NCBI GenBank assembly: GCA_013115125.1
Contig: JABANN010000016.1
Location: 62,001-126,000 of the forward strand
Length of the DNA: 64,000 nucleotides
Reading direction: 5' to 3'
From: Perkinsus olseni
Lineage: Eukaryota
Below the pieces are notes generated by a model. That model did no database searches and was not told where the DNA came from. It saw only the letters and a list, made by a program, of their open reading frames with translations. Each line of letters starts with the position of its first letter. The first letter of the stretch is position 1. The position numbers and the translations under genes were made by a program. Below, in pieces: positions 37,717 through 50,415 of the stretch.

Positions 37717-39120
37717 AAAAGGGGAACCAGAAGTTCCGAACTTCACTCTGACGCAGTAGAGTCACTCTGATGTCACTGTGACGAACTAATGGAGAGTGGA
37801 AACTAAAAGCTAACGCCAGCTCACGAGAACCCATCTCATCGTGTGACAGATTCTCTCACCGTCATGTCGCATTCGGTAGCAGTACCAGTCACAGGAGAAC
37901 TGCTGGTAGCAGTACTAGTCACCAGTCAGTACCAGTCGCAGGAGTACCTCCTTATGGGCCATCAGTGATGGCTGCCTACTCGCAGTAGTACCACTGGTAA
38001 CAAGACTAGCCGCCGGAGTTACTCCCGAGGAGTACCCACGAAGGAAGTAGCATTTTGTAGTTGCGTTTCAAGTGATCTTCCATTATGATGAGTCGTGGGC
38101 CACGACTCGTAGCGGGTCTCGGGTTGACGCGGCCCACCCGTGTGCACCTTACAGGTAGCCTCGCTGATGGGGTGGCCTGGCTTAGCCAGGCTGGCTAGCA
38201 GCCGAGCATGTTATCACCGATAACTTATCAGTGGCCTCATCCGCCAAGTTCTGGATACCTTTGCTACAATGTATTCACTAATGCTGATCATGCGAGGCTT
38301 GTCGGATTCAAACAGTTGGAGGGCTTTTCCCCGGAAACTTTCGGGTTTCCCCTGGAGGCTCCTCAGGCCCTGAGGAGCCCCTGAGGCTCAGGGGAGGCTC
38401 CCCTGGGAGGGATGGAGGCCCCCCTTGGGGGGTGTGCCTCAGGGTGGCACTGCCGGGCTATGAATTCTACACCGAATGGGCAAAACCCACTCGTAGACTA
38501 CGAGTCTTATGCCATTGGATCTCGGGTCGGTGATAGGTGAACCGGGACTCCCGGCATATTCGTCGGAACGTGGGCCTATCTAAAACATGCCGGCTGTGCC
38601 GTCTAGTTCTGCAACAATGGAACGGCTCCATTGGAACCTTAGCTCGGCTGACGCTAGCAGATTATTCCTTTGACTGGATTCCAAGTTGGACGGAATCTCT
38701 GGATTCCACTAAACATCTACTGCTTGACTTCATGTTATGAACATCATAGACTATGAATCATAGTGGTTAACACGCAGAGGCAGTAAGGATTGTCCTACAA
38801 GCAGCCCACTCTCTCTGGTACAGGACCTACCGCAGCGGTAGTACCGCTACTGCTAGTCAACTCTCTGACAGAGAGTCTCTGCCACTCCTCCTGCATCTGC
38901 TCAACCAGAATCTACTGCTGCAGGAAAAGCTCCTTTCCCGCAGGCAGTGCTTGCCACTGGCAGGCTGCCAGCCACGCCTGGCCTCCCACTGAGCTCCCCC
39001 TGCGTTGGCTCCCACTGGGCAATCAACTACGCCGCCGTTACTGCGGCACATCTGGGACAATCATGAACCCGAGGTATTCTGGAACTTGCTTCAAGTCCTG
39101 GAGGAGTTGAACCAGAGTTA

Positions 39121-39270
39121 GGTTACCTGGTAACTTACCGGACTCTTACAAACTCTCCAGACTCTTGAGATTCTCAAGTTGAGAAATTACCAGGTAATAC
39201 CATTACCAGACTCTGATAAAAGAATCACGGTAATACTATTACCTGGTAATTTTACCGTAATACCAGGTCC
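39121..39270. repeat. Cluster of TTACC/GGTAA direct and inverted short repeats
   Basis: GTTACCTGGTAAC, ATTACCAGGTAAT, ATTACCTGGTAAT and fragments within 150 bp. Confidence 0.75.
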
Positions 39271-42200
39271 AGGTTAAATCATTCAACTGCCAATAATGAG
39301 AACAAGACTGTATTCGGGGCTGTTGATTCGTTCAGCGAATTTCGTTGTGCTAGGTCACCACATGCTCATCGAACCAATTCTCCCAAGCAAACGGCAGAGT
39401 GGAGCCTCAACCTTGATATTCCTCGTGTTAAAAAGGAGGAGCGCCAACGAGGAGCAGGGGTTGCCTGCCGAAACACCCGACAGATGTAACAGCAAAGTCA
39501 TCTCCAAGAGGGCGGCCACATCCTAGCAACCGATACGGAGAAATTGAGCACCTTCTCATTTCGGGGAGCGCGCCAAGGAGGATGGAGAAGCTGTATGGCC
39601 TATCTGTGAGATTCCGTGTTGAAACTGGCTTATTTTTAGGTGGAGAAGACAACAGAGCCCGACGAGCTCAGCTCGTGGAAAAAGCGGGGACTCGCTCGAC
39701 CCGATGGAACCATCGGGTGAGATATCCAGTAGATCGGAAGTTCCGATTCGGAACCGTTGCGCCAGGGACACAGTCATGTCACTTTGTTGGGATGGCGCCT
39801 GGAAATGCTAGATACCAGGACAGGAGAAGCTGGCTATGCTAGAAGCGCGACTGTTCCTCGTCCGGTGGCATTGCCGATACCTCGATTCGCGGGGCGGATA
39901 CAGCCTTTGGGCTACAGGCCGGAGCCTCCGGCCTGGGGGTCGAGGGGAGGCCTGAGGGGAGCCTTGTGCACTCACAAAACCGCCGTAATGGAGCCGCCAA
40001 GCACCACGTCGTGCCGAAGCAAGGAACACTGGCCAACCCCTGATCTGCACTCATTTTGATCTTGATCAGGCGCAGGGCCATCATCGATAGAAAGACCGAT
40101 CATGGTGCCGACAACGCCTCTGGTTGGTGCCGACCAGCAAGTCAAAGGCGACAGCATAACTGAACCAAGGACTTAGTCATAGTGGGCGCTTTAGGGCCCC
40201 CTAAACTAGGGGAAGAACCCGTGACAGGCGGCAGCATGCGTTAAACGCGTGCTAAGAACTTTTTACTTGCCCTGCGCGCGGCTGTTATCGCACTGAACGA
40301 ATAATATTGCGGAAGGAATGCATTCTTCCCTGGGGTAGCACTTCGGTGACTTCGGAGTCACTGACTCCCATCCGAATATCAACCACTTCGTATCCAAATC
40401 TCTGGAATATGACAGCTCCGTCCTTGTGAAAACGACTCAATTTGATCTCAAATTGAGATTCTCAATTGATCTCAGAGATCAACTTATATCCGGCCTAGAG
40501 CATCTCAGTCGTGAGAACCTGCAAGAATATCGTTGGGAGATCGCTACCATGAAGGAATAATGATTCTGCTGCGCTACTTCGGGCGCGCTCTACGCGACCT
40601 GATTGCGTCCGTCAGCGGAGATTCGGACTCCGAGGAGTCCGACCGCGAAGAATATGAAGGCGAATCCGAGGGCGAGAGCGAGGAGTCTGAAGGAGCACCA
40701 TCCGAAAGTGATGCACCTAATGGGGGCTAAAACTGTGAGCCTCCCGTGGTCTAGGTTCCGATATATCCCCCATCGAGCGCGTCGGAAACAGCGGCTCCCC
40801 AGCTCTGTGGAACTCTGAGAACGGCATCAATCCGTTCAACTTCATTTCACGAGTGAGCCTAGGGGCCATAAGTTAGAGGGATCGCAGTCGTTTCGTAATC
40901 ACCCCATCAAACAGTTTGATTCAAACTGGATATGAGCTCGGCCCGCTGATTCGGCACAGATTCGATCTCACCAGCTGTCCCGCAGGCTCAGTCTCCGGTT
41001 TGGTCCCCGCTTACTCTAGCACGAGTGAGCCCTCCCAGGTCGCTTCCAGAGGTAAACAGGGAAGGCCTCGTCATTCTACGACATCGAGTCTACGTGATAC
41101 AATTCATTGTGCCATAAGCGATGAAAAATTGCTCACAGCAGCATCCTTGCCTTACACTGCAAGCCTAGACTCTCACTCACTTTCAGAACGTCTGCTCCAA
41201 CCATTCGATGTCTCGCAGCGGGCAGTTGCAGACTAGCAGCAATGCCGGCCACCCGATGAGACTTCGCAGAAGAGAAAGAGTTGACTATCGTGCTTCACAC
41301 AGCCGTGGCAAGCAATGAGCTTCATTGGCCTTCCCGCCTTCAAGGCGGGATTCTAATCAGAGCTCAGAAGCGCTGCCTGAATGCATGTTCAGTTGGTGAT
41401 TTTGGATGTTTCGAGTTCCTATTCGAGTCCATGTGTGCCGTTCGCTATTCCGGATAGCCAGTAAGTCGGCACCATCGTGAAGCCGCTGCCGGGCAGCCCA
41501 TGCCTTACTATAACCCGAAAGCAGGCCGCAGCCAGCTGTACTCGGTCAGCTGCACTGTACCCTCTCCGCGTTGCCCTACACGACGACGGCCGAAACTCCC
41601 CGCAACCCTAATAGGGGCTGCCCTATCAACTGATACCGATTGTGCAGGGAGCTCAGGACTGCCGGACCCAGGTTGGCCCGATATCTGTAGAGAGCCACTA
41701 CCTATGGCGCCATGCAGGAGCTGCAGTGCTTTTTGCAACTCTTCGTTGTTCATCCAATAATCGAGCGATGGATACTGAGCATCAGGGACCGCACTGCAAC
41801 CATCTAGCAACCATTAACAAATCAACGGTGTCGCTCAACGGGTTTACTGCATGCAGTCATGAATCATGACTCATGATGGCGATTCGCCATTGGCGAACGC
41901 CTCAGGAGTGGTTTATTTTTCAGCACCTCGGCAACCTTGCTCAGAAGTGAAAAGTGCTGAGAAGTGTGGGGACTCACTGCCTGACAACGCTCTTTGGCCT
42001 CTTTTCTTTTTGATACGGCACCCCTCCCCGACTTTACACCACCAAAAAATCTACTTTTCGTTACGTACAGTGCTATAATATTTACATTTAGGTATTTTCC
42101 TGCGGAAAATGTTGAGTTGTAATATCTGTCGTGGAGATGTCTGTAATACGTCATGAGGAAGCTCCACCGCAGGCAGTTGTTCTATTCGTAATCTCGTAAT

Positions 42201-42479
42201 GCAACGTTGACAATCTGACATTATACCACAGATGCTGAAATGCGTTGCTAAAGTGCTCAGATGTTGAAATCCTGGAAATCCGCCTACTACTCGACAATCT
42301 TGAAATTCCCCAATGTCTGCGCATTCCTAAAGTGCTCAGATGTTGCAAACCTAGGCCCGATCGCAGCCAACAGAGCCCGATACGTGCTGTTCTTCCGAGC
42401 CCAGCAGAGCAAGATCGATGCCGAGTAGACCGGAGCTTGGTTTGCCTATCAACAAGTCCACTGAGTTCGGAAGGCTGAT

Positions 42480-45158
42480 GTGCTGCGCAGATGGTTTGGG
42501 AAGTCTGAAGGAGGAAATAAGAGGAAGGCTTGGCAAAAGAAATGGCCCCTTACTGACTCGACATGGTCCATGGTCAGCAAATTGATGGATAATGCATACC
42601 TTGATGGCTACGGATCATGCCAGCATAACCAGATAGGATCGCCGCGGTTCATAGTAGCCTTTTGTGACGCTTCGAACGAGGAATGGGGCTTGCTTCTCTA
42701 TGCGGTGGAAGAAGAATATGACCCATCATCAGATGTCTTTCCGCCTAAGGAAAAGCTTATCGAAGCACATGCCGGTGAATGGGACGATAAGAAAGTGAAT
42801 TATCATGTGAACCGGAAGGAGGCGATTACGTTACATCGGACAATGAAGGCCATTACAGAGTGGTTACCTAGGTTCATGTTAGACGTCAGACAACGCCTCC
42901 AGGTTTCCATTTACTGCGATAATAGCAGTGCAGTGGCTTGGGCTAATAAAGGCTCGGTCTCAATGCGTTCGTATGACAAGGTAGCCTTGCAGCGTCTATC
43001 TGAGTCAATGAGCGACATGAGAAGAGATTGCCAACTGCAATTCAGTGTCACCTTGAATGTGAAATACATCCAGGGGTTGAAGAATAAAATCGCAGATCGA
43101 CTAAGTCGTAGTGATATACGGAGTCACATGTTGCCACCGTTGAAGTCGAATACCCATAAGACTCCTACACCGAAGGAACCTGATGAAACAGTAGTCATGA
43201 TAGCAACCCCTTCCGGGGAGCTCGGTCTTGTTGATACTGTAGGATTACCTCATCGTGGTGTATGGAGTAGTCATATGATGGACCCGATGTATGTACCTAT
43301 GAGAACAGACAATGATCTTGACGAGCCACTAGATGTACTCGTAGCCTCACCGCTCAAGGGAGCTGCTGCAACTTCGGACTACGAGAGTCTTGTGGGCTTG
43401 GGGAATTGGCAGTTGCCAGACATATTGGATCACCTGAGACAAGCTTTTAAAGATAAAGCCTTTCTCGAAAAAGAAGAAGTGACCCAAGGAGTCACCTACC
43501 TTGATTTGATAAGCTCATTACAACCCGATATGTATCCCGACTGCAGACCTAGTACCAGGGCTCAGAACCTGGCTGAGGGATCATCAAAGGGTCCATTATA
43601 TAGATGGAACAAAGAGCAAAAGATCTTACAGGCTATTGACCCAAGAGAGGATAAGCCACTTTGGTGTTATGTATTAATCACACATAGGGCCCAGATGTGG
43701 GCTATATACAAAGTGCACGATCATCCTCTGGCTGGGCATAAAGGTCTACCACGAGCTGTATTCTCCATGAGGAAGCTTCAGCTCTGGTGGCCGACTCAGG
43801 TATCTGATACAAATAGATTTATAAGATCCTGTAAGATATGTCAGCTTGCGAAGTTGCATGATGTTCCAAGTACGCAACCACTAGCTTATAGACGCTGGCA
43901 AAAGCGTTTTGAAACGATCCAAATCGATTGGATGGGACCTTTCGCCCCCACGACGCAGAACGGCCCCTGCCCGCTTCTATCGCCAGACTCACCCGTATAC
44001 TATTGCATTATGATCTGTGAAGCCACTAAGGTCATGATGGCGATACCATCTCGCTCGAATGATACTCGATGTCTGATAAGTTGCTTGATGCAATGGATTG
44101 CAGCATACGGTCCGCCGTGTACCCTGCAAATGGATAATGCGGGAGCACACCATAATGCATCAGAGCTTTACCCTTTTTTGCAATATTGGGATATACACCC
44201 TCGATATGGCCTCTCTAGACGACCGGAATCGCAGGGCCTTGTGGAGCGAGCGATAAGGGACCTGAAAGATGGTATAAGGATGGCTAATATACATACAGCA
44301 GCATCTACCCTACCTTGGTGGGCTGCAGTACAAATTGCCACAGTTGTTCATAACAACTCGATGAAGTCTGGGATAGTTCCATGCTCGCCAAATGAACTTG
44401 CCCTAGGTGATGAGAATTCTCTGATACGCAACCTTGGGCGAGGGGGCGGTGAGACACCAGAATCGATCTGGGGGACAGTCAACTCTGTTGTGAAGGACCT
44501 TTTCGAAGCAAACCAGGTAGCGGTAGCAGAGCGTGCCCTTGCAGCTGAAACCCAAGAGTTGGCCAAGTCTCAACCAAAAGCAAGATTCGTACCTGAACAA
44601 GAAGTGAAAATGAGCCGAATTGTTAATGGCAAGAGAGAACTGAGTGGGCCTTACAAGATTCTTAGTGTCAGTAATGACAACCCAATGGTATTTCAGCTTG
44701 AAGGCCACAAGTTTCCAGTACCGATAAGCCATCTTTTGCCCTTCAACATGAGTGTTGAACGAGATAGATACGACCATGCGGCGAAACCTGGCATTGATAG
44801 ACTATCAGTAAGTCTGAAAGATAAAGCTCCTTGGGGAATTCCCCTCGACGAAGCAACTAAACGCCATTGGGTGGTGTACCGTGTATTAGATGAAACAGAT
44901 GAGTCTCCAGAGCCAATAACGACGATCTATATTGCACAAGTCATTGCTCATAAGGCTGATCAGAAACTCCTTGTTCAAGGACTTGATAGTACAAATAGAG
45001 GCTCATGGAAGCTACCACCGAAAGGCCATCGATCTGATGCACAGCACCTCATTCTCTATGATGACGTGGTGGGAAGAAAGGCTTTCCTTCCAACGGCGAA
45101 GGATCGCCTCCCAAAGATTGTTCAAGAGTGGCTCAATTCTGTTGGCGTTTCATGCTGA
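42480..45158 (+). mobile_element. Ty3/gypsy-type LTR retrotransposon pol, 5'-truncated: RNase H + integrase
   Basis: RNase H FCDAS..WG, NRKE, YCDNSSA, YIQGLKNKIADRLSR; integrase HHCC (HDHPLAGH...CKIC), DDE core (QIDWMGP, QMDNA, SQGLVER) and GPY motif (SGPYKI). RNase H precedes integrase; RT core and gag are absent. Confidence 0.92.
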
Positions 45159-45180
45159 CGCAGAAATCAGCGCGCGCCTT

Positions 45181-45365
45181 GGGGGGGCGTGTTGGTTTAT
45201 CAGGCGCGGTACCCCGAGTTGCGACGGATATATTTACGACATTCTAGTCGAGTTGGCTAATATGGTTGTCTCGTGAGCGATGCACCCGGGTACGATCCCG
45301 GTTCACTACATTTTTGTATTCTGTCGCTGTCCCATCATTGCGTATTTTATAGCTATTTATATCAT
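45181..45365 (+). mobile_element. Candidate polypurine tract (G7) and start of a 3' LTR (TGTTGG at 45190) containing a tRNA-like segment; LTR end undefined
   Basis: GGGGGGG 22 nt after the pol stop, then CG-TGTTGG; no second LTR copy found in the window. Confidence 0.45.
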
Positions 45366-45399
45366 CGATTACGCTATGGAGGGAGGGGGAGCCGTTGTT

Positions 45400-48249
45400 C
45401 TATATTGATTGATAAATAATCCTATTATCGGCCTCTGATGTCTGGTGTTGAGTCGACGAGTGATATGTCAATTGTGGGCGAGGATCACCCCTCGGTATCC
45501 CAATCCATCGGGACCGGTAAACACGGTTTCCTCGATCAGTCGTGGAGAAGCATTCCTCGGGAATAGGATCATTCGGACCAGGAACCTATCTCACAAAGAA
45601 CTTATTCGTCGCCGCTAAATGAATGCAGTCTTACCTCGTGATCTCCCTCCTGCCCGTCAGGATTTCCCATAGGTGGTGCACCGGGAGGTGCTTCTCCTTG
45701 GGGTAGTGGCGCCTCTGCCGGCACTTGAGGTGGCTGCGCTGCTGCTGGTGCTGCTACTGGCTGTCGTACAGGATGTGGTGGTACTGCTGCTGGTTGTGGT
45801 GCTTGAGGAGGTGGTGGCGCTGCTGCTGGTTGTGGTGCTTGGGGAGGTGGTGGTGCTGCTGCTGGTTGTGGTGCTTGGGGAGGTGGTGGTGGTGCTGCTG
45901 CTGCTGCTACTGCTGGTTGTGGTGCTTGGGGAGGTGGTGGTGCTGCCGGTGCTGGTTGTGGTACATGAGGTGGTGGTGGTGGTGGTACTGCTGCTGGGAC
46001 TTGAGGTGCTGCTGCTGGCACTTCAATTAATAATTGCTGTGGGAGAAGGCCGCGTAATACCGTCTCGACAGTTTCTCGAACCATGTTGCCGACCAGAGTC
46101 TGCAGTCCAGGAAGTAGTTGTTGGAGCTCGCCTGCCGCCGCCTGTGCAGGCTGGCCTACTCCAATCGCTATTGCGTTACCGACTGGATCCCCTACGGCTG
46201 GGTCGGCTACCGCATCGGCCATTTCATCGTTCACTTCATCGGCTACCGCCTCGGCTACTCCATCGGCTACTCCATCAGCTACCGCCTCGGCTACTCCATC
46301 GGCTACTCCATCGACTGCCGGCTCGGCTACTCCATCGGCTGCCGCATCACCCACTTCATCGGCTACTTGATCGCGCAGTTCATTCCCCGCGTTATCCCCT
46401 AGTGCTACGTCTCGGTCCTCTACTGCATTTGCAGGCTCCACCACGTCTGGCGCGTGGAGGCCATCGTTGACTGCCCCGGCATCGATGTTACCATCGTTCA
46501 AGAGATCGAGATCGATGTAAAAGTCGTCTGGTAGGGGGAGGAGTTGCAAGGGTTGAATGAGGTCCTGTCCGTAGTCTCGAATAACCTCGCCATCACGCAC
46601 GCCCCCAGGGATGGCCCTCTCTCGCCGTATCAACGTTGCCCAATCATTCAGGCCCGAGTAGTGCATCAGAAGTAAGTGAACCGTCTCCGCCGATACTTCG
46701 AACAACCCCTGGGCAGGCACCTGGCTCTCATCAGGAGATAGAGGACACAGCATGTGATTCTCTATGAGCATAGTATTGATAAAACTTCGCACTTGAAGTT
46801 CGAGCGGGTACAACCCCGCGATATTATCGTAAGACCTTCTGCAGTTCGGACAGCGAGGTTCCGCGCCCACCTGATGTGAAGCTCTGGAGCATATCGAGAC
46901 TGCAAGGATATAGCCGAGACAACTTCGGCAGAGCCATTTCTCGCAGGCACATTTCCATTCTTCCTCGTGATTTGTGTCAACGCTGCAGACTATACAAGTT
47001 TCTCGCTCAGCTTGTTGAGCAGGCGGGCTTAGTCGATAAATGCAAGCAGCTACCTCATCTTCAATACTCTCGCCATTCATCTGCATCCTGCTCCCATCAC
47101 AACGAAGCGCAGCCCGAAAGCTGAGCATGCCGTTGGAGTTGGCTATCGTTCGATCAAGGAGTCGCCGGCCTCTCGAGAGCCCAACTCCGAAAATGAACTT
47201 CGGAAGTCCCAAATCAGTCATGACAATACCGGGGGATGCACCAGCAACACCCCCACTAACTTTCCTCAAAGTATTCTGCCGCTCCGCTGCCGGCATGAAG
47301 TTACTCTGTACGAGCGATATCACAGGTATTCGGACCTTCTGCCACAACTCTTGCCTAGTGTAGACTCCTCCCCAAAGAATGTCGACACATTTGACAAGTA
47401 GTTCTCGAGCTCGGTCCTCGGCCCTCTGTAGAAAACTAGCCTCATCCGCGTTAGTAACGGTGAAATTTGAAGATAAAATAAGCCACAGAAGGGGACTAGC
47501 CCTCCAGGCAACGTCGTCGTGATCCTCGGCTGGACGCAGGTCTTCCTCACTCAGGCCAAGTTTAAAACGGACTGCATCTGAGACAGCTCGTCTCACAACC
47601 TGAGGAATTTGATCCAATGCAAAAGGGGATAAGCATCAGTGATACTTTGAGTTTCGAGCCTTGAACGATTTCGTCTATGGCCTTCAACAGCTGCACTGTG
47701 GCATAACGATCAACCTGTACGATGTTCACGCCCTCGAAGCCATAGTGGCGATCAAGGTAACTGCTCCCAGACAGGTAGAGTGATACGCTGCAACTGCGGT
47801 TGTGGTTACCTTATTATCTGAGCCACGTCAAACTGTTGGCCCGTTCTGTTCCAGAAATTCTCTATTGCTACATTAGTGAGTGCTTGACCGGTAGGCGATA
47901 TGAGAGCCTGAAAGGCAATGCGGATAAAGCGAGAATTTCATCCGTTGTTTGACACTACCCCGTAGATACGACCTGTCTCGTCCGGCATAGCTACAGGTCT
48001 TATACGCAGCTCTCTCAGTATTGTAAGAAGATTGGTGAGAACCCCGCTGCCTATACGGCGTCGCTTTCTCACTGCATCACACGTCGCGCAGAACCATGGA
48101 TGCTGAGTATTCTCGTGAATTTGGGGGCGATAGTTATGGGCACAGTGGTGAGTGTGAAACCAACGGTCACAAGTCTCGCATATGACCATAGGCCCGCCAA
48201 GTTCGCCACATAGGCCGCATGCATCACTGATGGGATTGAACGGATTCAT
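45400..48249 (-). CDS. PHD-finger + RING-finger protein with acidic and Pro-rich repeats; five-exon model, about 884 aa
   Basis: Exons 48249-47959, 47907-47810, 47760-47646, 47599-45635, 45585-45400 are joined by four 46-51 nt GT-AG introns that all preserve frame. PHD CGLC..CETC..H..C..CATC; RING-like CIVC..CACEKWLCRSC..CPNC. Confidence 0.75.
45775..46370 (-). repeat. Coding tandem repeats: PPPPQAPQPAAA units and VADGVAE-type units
   Basis: Visible in the translation of ORF 45602-47617 and as ~36-bp and ~12-bp periodicity in the DNA. Confidence 0.85.
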
Positions 48250-48670
48250 TGATGATAGGAGAGTGTAAGATTCCGAAGAAAATACTACACGCAATTACTA
48301 ACGAACGCGGTAAGTAGCCGGGTTTACCGTGTTGTTTCACGATATGACCAATTCGAGATAATTTTTCCTACTGGGAAATTCGTAGTATGGCGGTCTCGCA
48401 TTGCAGCACTCTGTTGTTCATCGTCCATGTTTCTAGGATTGTGCGGCATATCGTATTATGCTTTTTACGAGTGTTTAATCATTAAACTTTCATGCTTCCC
48501 CACAGTGTCGAGACGACACCCCAGACTGACGAACGCAAAACATGACAATGCAGAGTTTTTTGGCAATAAAACAATGAACAAATGATGAATTTATAGCCAT
48601 GAAATGATGGAGGGATGATGACGAAATTGATGACAATGAAATGGTGAAGGTTCGAACGGATAACAGATAG

Positions 48671-48933
48671 ATGGTTTCCGGGCTGACTAGGTTTCGCGGT
48701 TCTGTTGTGTTTGATAAATAGAAATGGTTTCTGGGCTGACTAGGTTTCGCGGTTCTGTTGTGTTTGATGAATAGAAATGGTTTCTGAGCTGACTAGGGTT
48801 CGCGGTTCTATTGTGTTTGATGAATAGAAATGGTTTCTGGGCTGACTAGGTTCGCGGTTCTATTGTGTTTGATGAATAGAAATGGTTTCTGGTCTGACTA
48901 GGTTTCGCGGTTCTGTTGTGTTTGATGAATAGA
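48671..48933. repeat. 53-bp minisatellite, 5 copies
   Basis: Unit ATGGTTTCTGGGCTGACTAGGTTTCGCGGTTCTGTTGTGTTTGATGAATAGAA starting at 48671, 48724, 48777, 48830, 48882; few differences, no spacers. Confidence 0.97.
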
Positions 48934-48959
48934 GGAGTTCATTTTAATTGCCCTGGATT

Positions 48960-49345
48960 TCTACTCTCGGTGTACTGATGAACACAAGAATCATCAGAAT
49001 TCGGACTACGATCTTAGATTAAAAATTTGTCTTCACGATCACCATACTAATCAGACAAAAAGGTGCGAATTTCGGAGTAGAATTGAACAGAAGTGTGACC
49101 ATCACCTTCCTCCTGCTGAAATTGAAATACGATGTGGAGGTCATCAGTAATTACGGCGCTGTGGAAAGTCGCAAAGGGCGATATAGAGAATAGTGAACTA
49201 GAAGCTAATCTGATCACAGCTTGTATGATTACAACGTCGTTGAGGAAGTTAAATACTGTGATGAAACGACTGCCAAGTTGTTCAGTGAATAGTCCAAGTG
49301 AAAAATCTTTATCAAGACAGAGAGCAATGGCATACCCTGGTGTTT
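48960..49345 (+). mobile_element. Degenerate 3' remnant of an RTE-like non-LTR retrotransposon
   Basis: Frameshifted peptides RLKICLHDHHTN, IRCGGH..LRR, TTSLRKL, LYQDREQWHTLV follow the order of RTE C-terminal motifs (ILxIxWxDxVTN, LRWxGHxxR, TTWxR, AxDRxxWxxLV). Confidence 0.45.
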
Positions 49346-50338
49346 TCGGCAGCAGTGCTACCCACTCCACCATACAAGCAGCGAGAGAATCACCAGGATA
49401 GCACACCAGGAGGCATAGCGGAGAGTACCCGTCGGCTCCACCCCAAGATCTCATGCCCCAACGAGGATCTGAAAGTGAGAAAAACACAACGCGGAAGTGA
49501 GGAATGATCTTCAGGCTCAAGCGGGGCTCAGGCCGCCAGTGGTAACTCACCTTCGAGTGACCACCAAGCTGCGGAAAATTCATCACCGGCAATCAGGGAG
49601 CGTCTCCGTTCGAAGCGCCGTCCTGACTACCAAAGCCTCGGGCGCGGCGAATGGCGCTTCGTGAGCCGCTGAACGCTCTCGGCTCGGGGTCTGCAGTAAC
49701 GGGGCTGCTGTGACAGAACCTAACATAATTAACGAATCATTTCACCACCCACCTACTTGCGTTGAGTAACTTACTGTGTGTGCACACGTGCATGAGTGTG
49801 CGTGCGAGTGCACATTCGCAGCAAAACCCAAACACACGGGACTGGTGCAATAGATTTTCGAGGTCATAGAAGAATTCGCATTACTGCCGATCAAATTCTA
49901 TTCTCATTCTGCCAATGAAAAACTACTCCCGTTTGTTATTGGAAAACTCACAGCGTGGATCCGATGGTTAATTACCTCGAAGATCGAGGCTCGAACACAA
50001 TCAACACCAGAGCGAAATATAGGATGCGGGAAGATGTCAACTATGAGACGAGAATACGACAGAGCTCATAGCAGACTCTGCGATGCAGAGCGAGGGAAGC
50101 AGGATGGTATTTGCAATTGGGTGCGGGCCGCACCGTGCGGCACCTCGAGCGTGCGCGCGTACAAATTTTCTCTCTTCAGCCAAAGCGTAAATGCGGCCTG
50201 GACGTACATCAAACGGATTCACATGGTCTCGGCACCTCAGGACGATTCGAAAAACACTTTCGATTGCCACAAGGTTCAAGGTTCACACAAGGTTTCGGTT
50301 GCCCCAGCAAGTTATGCACAAAAATCATTTCGTGACAG

Positions 50339-50415
50339 AAAAAACGCAAGGCTTAGGATTCGAACCGGGGACCCTGGCGTGCAGTGTATATTCCACCATC
50401 TCGAGTTGACGGCTT
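50339..50415 (-). other. Degenerate tRNA-like (A-box/B-box) segment followed by T6
   Basis: Minus strand AACTCGAGATGGTGGAAT ... AGGGTCCCCGGTTCGAATCC ... TTTTTT; stems do not form a full cloverleaf. Confidence 0.6.

Noticed and set aside
39560-41810. Possible RT, gag or integrase-tail fragments (VTLLGW..EKL; RLRRRERVDY; minus-strand ORF 41508-41810)
   Set aside because: Matches are too short and interrupted to assign without a homology search.
45673-46470. Plus-strand Val/Leu-rich and Trp/Cys-rich ORFs
   Set aside because: Antisense shadows of the Pro/Ala repeats of the PHD-RING gene.
48671-48933. CRISPR array
   Set aside because: Units are contiguous with no unique spacers, there are no cas genes and the context is eukaryotic.
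45190-50006. A single 4.8-kb LTR running TGTTG...CAACA
   Set aside because: Rests on a 5-bp inverted match, with no second LTR or target-site duplication to test it.
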